Translations under genes and position numbers: made by a program
Part shown: positions 42,001 through 50,658 of the stretch, one piece after another
Layout of the letters: each line of letters starts with the position of its first letter
How positions within the stretch are numbered: position 1 is the first letter of the stretch
Notes under the pieces: generated by a model
Database searches by the model: none
Told to the model about the DNA's origin: nothing
Seen by the model: the letters and a program-made list of their open reading frames with translations, nothing else
Source: Chlorokybus atmophyticus
Lineage: Eukaryota; Plantae; Mesostigma and Chlorokybus algae
Direction: 5' to 3'
Assembly: GCA_009103225.1 (NCBI GenBank)
Contig: RHPI01003256.1
Span: 70,914 to 134,913, forward strand
Length of the DNA: 64,000 nt

Positions 42001-43374
42001 CAACGCACCTGTCACTATCGATGGGCAGGTGACAAGCTGTATCGCCGCTTCCACGACGAAGACAAGGAAGTGCCGACACCAGTCACACGCGAGGACATCA
42101 TCACTTCCCTCCACACTGAGCTTAGACACTTTGGTGTCAAGCGCACAGTCAGTCTAGTGAGAGCACAATATTGGTGGCATGGATTAACAAAACAGGTGCA
42201 AAGGTTCGTCAGCCACTGCCAGCAGTGTGACATGGTGCGCGCCAGCCTCAACACGCGTAGCGCCACCTTGCACCCACTCCCCATCTCCGGTCTCTTTTAC
42301 CGATGGGGACTCGACATCTTGGGGGACTTGGCACCCTCAGCACGTGGCAACCGTTACATCCTGGTCATGATTGAGCACTTCTCCAAATGGGTGGAGCTGG
42401 TGCCATTACCCGACAAGAGCAGCAGGGGGGTGTCTCAAGCCTTCCTCTCTCACGTTCTCAGCCGCTTTGGCAGCTGCGCCGAGGTCATCACCGACCAAGG
42501 TACTGAGTTCAGAGGGGAATTCGACACCCTCCTGGACAAATGTTACATCGACCACCGCCGTACCTCGCGTGATCACTCTCAAGCCGACGGCCTCGCCGAG
42601 CGGACGGTACAGACCATCAAGAAGGCACTCCGCAAATACGTGTTGGAGTACAAGAAGGACACTTGGGATGACCACCTCCCATGGGTGGCCCTTGGGTATC
42701 GGTTGTCAAAACAGGCGGCTCTGCGGGAGTACAGCCCGTACTACCTGCTGTTTGGGCGATCACCATTGCTCCCCTTCCGTGCGCAACAGGAGGTGGATTG
42801 CGTCGTGAACAACCTCGACGACCCTGACTGGATGCACCACGACATCACCACGCGCGCCGCACTTTTCGAGCGCACCGTCCCCATGGCCTTCAACAATCTG
42901 CGCATCGCGCAGCATCGCGACACGCTGCGCTACGAGCGCGTACGCAGCGGCTTTTACAAGGAGCGCCAACGGCGATTCCAAGCGGGGGACTTTGCCTATC
43001 GCATGGCAGCCACCAAAGACACGCTTGACACCTCCGTAGGCCGCACCGTCTACAAGGTACTCAAAGTGTACCCCACAGGGGTGCTGGACCTCCTTGGTCA
43101 AAACGGAGAAAGGTTGAAGGACAACATGGTGAACTGTGCGCCATGTCACCTCCCTTACGTAGCTGGCTTCGGGCGTGTCCAGCACCCTCGTCCTGCGCGC
43201 AGCACACGCTGTGAACACTGCGGCAGCGCCGGCAACGACGCACTCATGATGCTCTGCGATGGCTGCAACAAAGGCCTGCATTGCTACTGCCTGGAGCCAC
43301 CTGTGGACACGATACCTATGGAAGAATATTGGTGCGACGACTGCCGTACCAACGGCCCTCCTCACTTGCGCTAG
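35992..43374 (+). CDS. pol: Pol polyprotein: unknown region - aspartic protease - DNMT - RT - RNase H - integrase - PHD
   Basis: Protease LDTGA (~38377). DNMT ~39109-40080 with ELFGGIGSG, AGWECQ, IENV, HRVR, RERERAMGF and LLGRAM. RT with RMCGDYRPLN, MPFGLKNAPAKFQR and YIDD (40858). RNase H with ILHTDWS, LITDHQPL and DADGLSR. Integrase with H..H/C..C, LDILG, TDQG and AERTVQ. PHD CEHC...CDGC..GLHCYC...WCDDC (43210-43344). Confidence 0.95.
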   Translation: MGIDXCYVARWALMAPKRDRDTPTPSRVQPSRRARREAGASSTAASSDATSGAASAATTTAGTTPSTTPSASTPTVTAGVSTLGTTLFPVMESTHPAATMVIGFVNGESTTPASIGATTSTATAATLTAATSVTTTAAGATTIASSSAAIPTAPLPEGRTAPPPALDVTHQVPRGPQAERAWASILRNVEPTTIAYGPGGQRTTRVAHDDRILPLPPPEYHTLPEPTQQQLEDEILAGTAPEMRDRLFGVTYRRPAVLELAIQLFLALHARLQGAPSQSRQPMPAQQIDFEPSPLDPLGLQRHKLQDLVVTMSDIALGADPALRGLTPGSRQERFSALEQVHRYRMDQAAQVDARRQAYEAAHAVIVPTIAPAHVASASTAPTTAHSTAIAIEQPGHATIADQARALAQQLRGVIAPLLPPLVEDMPEDQRDAGRGYLTPQGDTTQRGGAGMVGEQQLRTALIRQAVMLHRPEGNTLRQMMGMQEGSAARARLVTWLVANHPAVPLFAFGNRASWLGAFVRSLQQAYDEAATTAPDTLEGVQEAMLRLPGVEAARQRWRIAIAHELHAQQTDLQRTLRARVMTVLDVGVVQGRWDAYMAGILRVPTITHDMRRQLLRAVYLQPMPQYHHWTDTDTEPTATWEGTLVREAAHAVRWTYAAEQAEREAGPQTPGPPGFPPQPLSTPAGMVPASQRRHPPTPPPQPAPEPPAPRPPRVYQPPRQGRFGRGRGQGGGSPDPAGRGALAAMRSASPTETTESEEQTPRMKRLRIDANAAMVANQGKHVTINGLAPKRVMLDTGAQPVIIGRFLARSLGITSSDLVPCPYVLDTSTGSRDKVMGVTREAFCIRLTVLDPTHTTEIVQQCVVTNAGSFDFLLGQDFNFPVGMGLDCWSERAWFRPHWDEDDGEVQGFLPLELVSRTRAQRKMAAMATRRHARTRKAVMAIYDGAWTQVAAGATTPCQTGDPSPISYNEEQEDATVEVALQEPAERRWRAQVDAHILLSHPLITTRFPNYRSHAKVQDHHMVATGVVEFHTFCRQQGITVLELFGGIGSGLAAVLNTGVKVTKYYYCDPDPHAQTGLKHHLRQLHTRYPRQLPLSALQGSLKALRHDVRLITEDHLLSLGNVDLLIAGWECQGHSRAGKGQGLANPRSRLFWELMRIIHLLQHHQISRPLGYVIENVHSEDDKRPHVASSYRQVCSILGHPLKVNAARHGSRAHRVRAKWTKNLATVEELMTAECTRSARPRNLLVDDILDPGRTAQPVLHHDHNHFYQCNQPGQPRRALPTLVSYPSSYAFRNGGDGMVFDATTNTLEEPNARERERAMGFFPNSITGSSLTDNQQCQLLGRAMDQNSMVWLLELSFALQGRHVSFENLEYLAGGWADRIDTKAAHTALEVVHMEEQAAVTVEDIPVVANATSWDHAIGPLAMEDTREKLETLLNEWRSQFSFNVKELGTCSVYQMDIELVDTEPVFRRQYRLSKLEEDLVEQRCKALLDAGLIEESTSDFAAATVMPLKKDSAGNWTERRMCGDYRPLNNKTKQDRYPMPTAEGIFDDVGDCTVFSILDMRQGYNQIAIKDEDKHKTSSWGNRQLYQWKLMPFGLKNAPAKFQRVMDKALKGLDCARCYIDDILIFSRSNEEHLQHIEAVLERLKGVGMTVHPDKCTFFTHKVPYLGHMIVPHGVYVQQAKVEALAAIPASTDLTRLRAFLGLANYYRRFVKDFAKIARPLNELLKKEVEFAWKEPQQQAFEELKSRLTSAPILQRPDYAKPFILHTDWSKLGMGAVLVQHDENKKERVVSYASRSNNSAEANYSSYEGECLAAVWAISFFRPFLCGRQFQLITDHQPLKWLMTNQHLTGKLARWALLLQEYDFEIDHRAGLTNQDADGLSRNPHLSTNDATGARHELIPAATTPTMAAMFAAAALRSGRKTNPTTSAVVEEIPALESTDPAAINPLGDAHAADIDVEDTELAPTDTRQDIWHDKPSLSFLQRGHLPSGMSAREKDRVNQRTCHYRWAGDKLYRRFHDEDKEVPTPVTREDIITSLHTELRHFGVKRTVSLVRAQYWWHGLTKQVQRFVSHCQQCDMVRASLNTRSATLHPLPISGLFYRWGLDILGDLAPSARGNRYILVMIEHFSKWVELVPLPDKSSRGVSQAFLSHVLSRFGSCAEVITDQGTEFRGEFDTLLDKCYIDHRRTSRDHSQADGLAERTVQTIKKALRKYVLEYKKDTWDDHLPWVALGYRLSKQAALREYSPYYLLFGRSPLLPFRAQQEVDCVVNNLDDPDWMHHDITTRAALFERTVPMAFNNLRIAQHRDTLRYERVRSGFYKERQRRFQAGDFAYRMAATKDTLDTSVGRTVYKVLKVYPTGVLDLLGQNGERLKDNMVNCAPCHLPYVAGFGRVQHPRPARSTRCEHCGSAGNDALMMLCDGCNKGLHCYCLEPPVDTIPMEEYWCDDCRTNGPPHLR

Positions 43375-44809
43375 CAGCTGAGCTCTGGAGCTGGAACCTT
43401 CCCCAGAGCCCAGGGGGGGTGGCTTGTTGACTCTGTATGCTACGGCACAGCATGTTCTTAGGGAAAACACCGACTCCATCTGCCCGTACTACCCAGCAGC
43501 AGCACCCCAGCTGCACGAAGCACTTGTCACCATGAGGGTGGAGGTCATCTTTCTGTTCTTGCTACGCGTCACCCAGGTGGCGCAGCAGCATGTCCAGCAC
43601 AGTATGGCTGTCCATGCAGCTGTCCGAGACAGCGTGACCCTCGACTCCCCTCGACCCGACACCTCGTAATGGCCATGGGGGATTGCGAGCATTGCCATAA
43701 GTGGTAGGCATATGCTTGCCACCTTTGCAGCATCAAGTAACCCATTGTTCTTGTGGGGCCACAATCCCAATGCAATGCAAATTCACAGAGCACGCTGCAC
43801 CTCTTGCACATAAGAAGGAGATTGTCAAACGCGCCTAAATCTGCAATAGTAAACCAAAAAGCTTAGTTATTATATTAGTGTTATTGTAATACAAGTATGA
43901 AACGAGCTCATGTTCAAGGTGAAAATATCAAATACGAAAACGGATTGACAATGTTGATCAATTATCTGTGATAATAATTGTCCAAGACATATTAGCTATT
44001 AATCAGCTTGCATTTACGGTTGGTATTACTTGCAAATTTTCATACGATATGGAATTTGTACAAGCCCTGTACATGCTTGCCGGTTTAATACATTAGTGGT
44101 GCGGTTGGTTGCGGACATTTCATTTACATAAACCTACCCTGCTGCGCCTTAAGGTAGTGACCGTGCTCCTTAAAGTAACCGCAACGAAGATGACGACTTT
44201 GCTAAGGAACACATGCGGATTGTGCATGACGGGGCCGCAGTCCAAACATAAACAAGTTGCATGTTGCGGCGCATTATGCTTGTCCGTCACAAGGATCAAG
44301 TATAATATGAACACTCGCCAGCCATCTGGACGGTCAAGACACGTCGTTAGGCAAGAATGTCTTGATCGACGTGTCGGGTATGAGGCGAGCCCTTGGTCTC
44401 CTTGTAACGCGTTGAGCACCATGCCGTTTACATCATGCATGGCATGCAGCTCAAAGCCAACGAAGTGAACGCCATTTGGGCGAGAACAATTTTAAAAGTA
44501 CTAGCAAATAATAATGCTCATAATGGTGGCCTCAGGCATAGAGTTGCTGTTTTGAATGAAATTGAACATCCCCCCTTTAACACAACGCCACGCACCATCA
44601 ACCATTGCGATGGTCCGGTAGTTGCAACCAAAAGCGCATCAATGACACGATGCTGCGGCGATATGTCCTGTGCCAATTTAGCGTGAAAACAGGTACACTG
44701 TGACAACATGCATAGTATGCACACCATATTAATCCATCGATTGCAACCCATCCAACCGATCGAAGTTTCAAACTTGCCACCTAAGTAGCAGCACCCATGG
44801 CAGAAAGCC

Positions 44810-45945
44810 GTTCTGCACCAGGGTTCCACGAAATTGAACTGCCAGTGTCCCAGGTACGATCAGCCGCGCCAAAGAGGCCGCGCCGAAAACCTGGTCTAAT
44901 AGGATCCGCGCCAATTATGACGCGGATGCATGGCCGCAGACGTCCGCACCATGGTCTATTTCTGGTTCGGCCGATCACCAATCTGCAACCAGCCTACGGC
45001 ACAGTGCCGCCGCAATCCAAGCGTCCACGATTGCGAACCGCGCTTGGTAAAACATTTGTACCAGGCCGCGCGGCCTCTGGTGCATATATCCTGGTCCAAA
45101 CCCGTACGGTCAGTTGATTGCAGTGAAATCCGGGCACCTTTTGCTTTAAGTGACCGAGAATTATGCTCGATTAGTTGGCGGCTGTTAAGTTGCGCACCTT
45201 TTGCTCCAAATGCCCGAGAGCTACCCTTGGTCGGTAGGCGGCTGCTAAGTTGTGCACCTTTTGCTCCGAGCTATAGCATCGGTCAGTTAGCAGCTGTTAA
45301 GGCGTGCACCTTTGGACCTAACTTACCATAAAATAGCCTCAGTCAGTTGGCCGCAGTTAGGGAGCGCACCTTATGCTCCTACTAACCGAGAAATAGCCTC
45401 GATCAGTTGGCGGCAGTTAGGTCACACCTTTTGCTCCACGGCTCATTGAGGCAAAAGGTGCGACCTGATTGCGGAGTAAACATTATTATCGACCTTATTT
45501 ATCACTTACATTGCAAATGACCGCATGGTGCAGCCGGCAAGGCGTGTCAATCCTATGCCGCATGCCCAGGTCCGAGTCCGGATGGAGGTAAACGAGTTGG
45601 GTAACGTGGTGCGAACGGTAATACCAATTTGTTTGTTCATGCTGCTTTTTAACCTGCTCGGTTAATAATATTAAGCTTTAACTGTTATCAGACCAAATCT
45701 GGCGCGGTAAGCGCTAAACCAGTGGTGAAAATCGAGGAAAGTGGGACCATGGTTGGTTTTTGCGGTTATACGCCAGGTTTTGACCCTAGTTCGCGGCTTC
45801 CACCGCCTGCTACTGCCCCCTAGTGCGGACGTCCGCGCCATACACGGTTACATGGTTATAGTTTTTCGCGGTGACCATTCAAGCTTTGCAAGCTATGGTT
45901 TCGCTGAACCTGAGACTGAAGTATCATGTTAAGCGAACTGGTGTA
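44810..45945. mobile_element. Degenerate inverted-repeat (foldback/MULE-like) non-coding element with an internal ~60-bp array
   Basis: GACGTCCGCAC (44939) is inverted at ~45823-45833, with weaker inverted similarity toward both ends. CACCTTTTGCTCC-type motifs occur at 45135, 45195, 45255, 45307, 45367 and 45425, and inverted at ~45451. Confidence 0.45.
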
Positions 45946-47238
45946 TGGTCTGCGTGTATGCCAACATGCGACATGTGCCGGGTTTTTAAAAGTGAGTGTT
46001 TTGGATATTCTTAAAAATATAAATGCTGTGGAATGGAAGAAGTAACACTGGAGACATGAAATCATGAAGCAGCAAGCTTCAGATGCAAGTGTGCTACAAA
46101 GTCGACGCCAATCCGTCAATGCCGCTCTACTGCGCAAGTCGCCCCCAAGCTCCACGCCATGCATGCTACACAAGAATCCGACCCTTTTGCGTGCGGTTGC
46201 TTACAAGCAATCATTGTTTGTGTATGTGGTTACTGTGTGGTCTAGCGTCAATTTTAAGTATAAGTAGTACCGATTGTCTTTATGCAGCGCCGAGCATCAT
46301 TAAAATCCAGGTCCCTGCTGATTTGCTCGATGTAAACCTTTGCATGCACATGTGCACTTCTATTATCTGCTACATGTGATTATCATGTCAGCATGCTTGT
46401 ATGCCTACGGTAATCCGGATACAAACTTTGCAATCACCGTGACGCTCTCATGCAATACATCAATAATACAAAAGAAGTCAATGTAGTACGAATCTCTCAC
46501 ATTCTTTGCGCGCACATAGCTGTACTTAATAAGTAATTGCATTAATAAATAACTGTTAACCATATTCAATTACGCAGTAGTCATGCAAGTGGTCTATGCA
46601 TATATTGAACTGATGCATATGCATTGCCAATCTTTATAAATAACTACAAACAGAATAATCACGTGCACGATTACTTACATTTCAGCTATAAAATAGTCAA
46701 CTTATTTGCTCAACATAAAGCACAACAATAAAAGCATTACTGACTGCATTTGATTGCATGTTTGAAATTGACCTGTACGTGCAAATCTTGTTTATTACTT
46801 GAAAACATGGATCTGCTCCACTAATAGCTTCCACAATAGTCATTATAATATGCATGAGAAATTTTAAACCTTGTCATATCAAAGCCGCGACATTCTCACC
46901 AGATCTTTCATTTGTCATTTATGCTACATTCTCATAATGTTAATATGATGCTTATATTGTCATGTTTAACATAAAGTTGGAGGCTTGTACTAACAAAATG
47001 AATGACATTTTTGTACTATGCATGTTACAAATAAGTGGCTATTGTTTCATCAATACACCTGACGTCATATAAAGCAGGCTATCTAATGCCTATTCTGTAT
47101 GCAGTGGTGTTGTAATGCGGCTTAACGAACATGCTATAGCAAATGTGGACTTTCAATACTTGCACCCATTTTTATTCCCACCTGTAAATAAACACCCTCG
47201 TTGGTTTTTTACAGGAAAAATGCGACCCTAATGCCCCC

Positions 47239-47413
47239 NNNNNNNNNNNNNNNNNNNNNNNNNNNNNNNNNNNNNNNNNNNNNNNNNNNNNNNNNNNNNN
47301 NNNNNNNNNNNNNNNNNNNNNNNNNNNNNNNNNNNNNNNNNNNNNNNNNNNNNNNNNNNNNNNNNNNNNNNNNNNNNNNNNNNNNNNNNNNNNNNNNNNN
47401 NNNNNNNNNNNNN
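47239..47413. other. Assembly gap (N run)
   Basis: Run of N. Confidence 1.
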
Positions 47414-48540
47414 CACCCTTCATTGAATTTTGCGCGTGTGAGGGGAAGGGTCTTTGTTTGCAAGGGGTAGTGGTAAATGCACATATAAGGTATCGCCGAT
47501 TTGACAAACTGCATTATTGAAGCTTATTACATGGTAGGTAGGCTGCCTAGCCTATTATAGCCTATTAATATATGGTAGGTAGGCTGCCTAGCCTACCAAT
47601 AGTAGGTTGAGCAACTTTCGCAATGGACAACAAGTGCTGACCAGTGCTGACGGCGACGCTGCCTATGCATGTCAATTCTCTGGATAAGGTGGCAACGTTG
47701 CGAGTCAGGGCTTTGCGCCACTGGTGACAAAGGCGTCAAGTACCAGCATTTCAGATAACTATAATCGCAGTCAATGTAGGGCATTGTATCTAGAGCCTCT
47801 AGCCACTAGACCAGAGGTACCTACCGTCCTATCCTGTGGTCGATAAGGACCTTCCTGGCCTGGATGACTAGTACGGAGCAACAAAGCTACAGGAGCACGT
47901 GCAGTCGCGTGACCGCAATGACCCCCAGCCGATAGCGACAGGGAGTGACGCAGCGTACCAGCGACTAGTGGCGCGCATACCGCGGCCTGCTTGTTCCGCG
48001 CCGATTCTTCCAGTCGGCCACGCAATGCGCGCTGCCTTACGAGCCGTGCATTGCGGCGCGCCGTACGTTGTTGGTATTTGCGCACGCTTTGCCGAAGCTT
48101 TGGCTGCTTTCTGCCCACGCCGCAAACAGACTTTGACACCAACAAACAAGACGCAGATAAAATGGATCTAAGAAACAGATACGATTAAGCAAACACTGAG
48201 TATATAAGCAAGGCCGCGCCCAGGAAGAGGTATCAGTCTCTGCAGCTCGCAGCAGTTCTCGCTAGCCTTCCGTTCCTCTAAGGTTAGAGAGTGTGAAGAA
48301 GGCTCACTGAGGAGCCCTCTGCAGTTTGATGTTGTCGTTGTGTGTGTGTTGCTGATGAGGAGTTGTGTGCTCGTGTGCACGTGAGCAGCACTGTGTGACA
48401 CTGCCTTGCTGTACTGCTTGCACGCTATGACACTGTGCTCATTGAGTTGCTTGACATGCACGCATGCAGCAAGCACAATCACTGACTGACTCACTAACTC
48501 TGTGTGTGCAGCAGCCACTTCTGTCTCTCCTTCCAGCAAC

Positions 48541-49379
48541 ATGGCTCGCCAGGGTGCTGCTGTCCTCCTTCTGTGCGCCGCCCTCCTCGCGGTCTGCGGC
48601 ACCGCCACGGCTACACTCCCGGTCTGCATCGACATTGAGGCCGACATCGTCATCGACATCAACCTCGGCCTCCGCATCGGTGCGCCTCAGATCGTCACCG
48701 ATCCCAGCGAACTCCTCACCTTCGTGGTGAGCACAACATGCCATGCAGTATGTGCTCTTGAGGTGGTGGATGATGCAAGGCATGAGTGTGGTGCTTAGTT
48801 CTTGGTTGTTGATCTTGGCAACAGCTCGCCAAGGTGAAGCCATTCAAGATTGGTGTTAGCGGCCTCGTGTCCATCAACGGCTTCTGCACGCTGCCCGCCC
48901 AAGGCATCAACAACCTGCCCTGCACACTGTTTGTGGTGAGTAGCAAGCACAGACAAAGCATACATTCTCTGTTTACACTGATTAGGGGTACTCACTAACA
49001 AGTCGTGTGTGTGCTCTCCTTTTGCTCGCAGGCTGGCATTGTCAACACCGACCTCATCAGCAACCGCAAGCTCCTCGGCACCACCGGCGTGAACCTCAAC
49101 GCATGCGTGGGTCTCCAGCTCACCATCAGCCACATCCTCATCAGCAAGAACTGCCAGTGTGTTGCGGAGATCTCCGGCTCCATCATTGTCAACGTCAGCG
49201 TGCCCCCCGCCGACATGCTCACATCCACCATCTGCTCACTCACCGAGACTCTCCCCACCAAGATTGGTGATATCAAGGCCCTTGTTGCAAGCCTCAACGC
49301 CCTGCTCACACCCACCACATTCCTGGGCGGTCTCCTCCCTGTGGGTGTCATCCCCATTGCTGGTCTGCCTTTGCCTTGA
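48541..49379 (+). CDS. Secreted ~214-aa Cys/aliphatic-rich protein of unknown function (3 exons)
   Basis: Exons 48541-48726, 48825-48935 and 49032-49379 join in frame at GT-AG junctions. Signal peptide MARQGAAVLLLCAALLAVCGTATA; C-ending codons predominate, as in a real gene. Confidence 0.8.
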
Positions 49380-50658
49380 TCAGAGAGGTTAATGTTCATT
49401 CCGTCGATGGGTTAGGCGGTGTCTAGCCCTCTACTAGAAAGCTGAGTAGTTCAGGTGAGAGTACGCTAGAATAGTTTCAGAGTAGAAGTTTGAGAATTAT
49501 TTCCTTCTGTCCTTGGGCATGTTACATGGGATGGAGTAGGTAGCTCACGTTGAAGTGGTAGTAGCTAGCTAGAACGATGTTGATTCAACCGTGATATATG
49601 GATTTCCGTTTACCCGACAATTCGTTGTTGTGGACGCATACATTGCTGACACCATGTCCTACTTGTTGTGGAAAGATCGCCATAGCAGTCCAGCTGCAAT
49701 TGTGTTTGGCAATCGTGTGTTTGGCAATGTGTGTGCGGTTGGCATCCTCATAGGCTGCCACTGTTGTCTCCCTACCCAAGTGGGGAGATCAAACACTGCA
49801 CTCATCTCGACATGGACAAAACTGCCATTGGTGCCGATGGTGAGGTGGTTGGCTGGCGATGAGGCAAGTATTGTGCTGTGCTGCATGCTGGTGCTGCCTT
49901 AGTGGAATAAGGCTGTGCAAACTTCTATGTGTGATGATGTGTGTGGCGACACACTGCCATGTGGGTGTAGTTATTGGTAACGAACGACCGGGCTGTGATG
50001 TACCACATAGATATCTGTACTCAGTTGGAGTGTGCTGCGGCGGATGCTGTTGCCATAGTAGAAGCGTTGTTTTGCGTTATGCAGTTTTGAGTGTTACGCT
50101 ATATGCACAGCTGCACTGCGACGTGCTCGACGTGGTGTACAGGATATGCGAGGTGCTATTGCGCATGACAGTGCCATTGTGACATACCATGCCATTGACA
50201 TCATGGACACAAGTATACACCACCACCGAGCTACCATACACTGTTGCACATAGCGAGTGATGAGCATTGGGATGTAGACCCATGCACACCTGTATACTGT
50301 GGACCTGATATACCATAAGACAACAAGAACGACAGCGACAGTCTGACCTCAGCAATTGCTCAACTTGCAACAGCAATATCTTGACCAATTGCAATTCCGC
50401 TTGTGCAGCAGGCCAGAGTAGCTGCTACTACAGATTTCTAAGCCAACATCAACGAGTCAATCTGACACTGTTTTGCACCTCAGATGCTGTGTGTCTCTAT
50501 GCGCAAATCCACTTTGGCTGAAATTACCTACCTAGCGATCAACGCTACTGACATGCCAAGACTACTGTGCACCAGTGCCCATTTCAGCTGCGCTCCTTCA
50601 AGCATGTACATATGAGCGACATATGAGCGACAATCGCGTAGTTGACTGTCCAGACTGG

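Larger units (their letters stand above)
33364..43810 (+). mobile_element. Ty3/Gypsy retrotransposon carrying a C5 cytosine DNA methyltransferase and a PHD finger (boundaries approximate)
   Basis: gag and pol ORFs listed below. PPT-like AGGGGGGG at ~43412-43419 just after the stop codon. Base composition shifts from AT-rich flanks at ~33360 and ~43830. A matching LTR pair was not found by eye. Confidence 0.9.

Noticed and set aside
45130-45465. CRISPR-like repeat-spacer array
   Set aside because: Eukaryotic context, degenerate repeats, linkers homologous to one another, and no cas genes.
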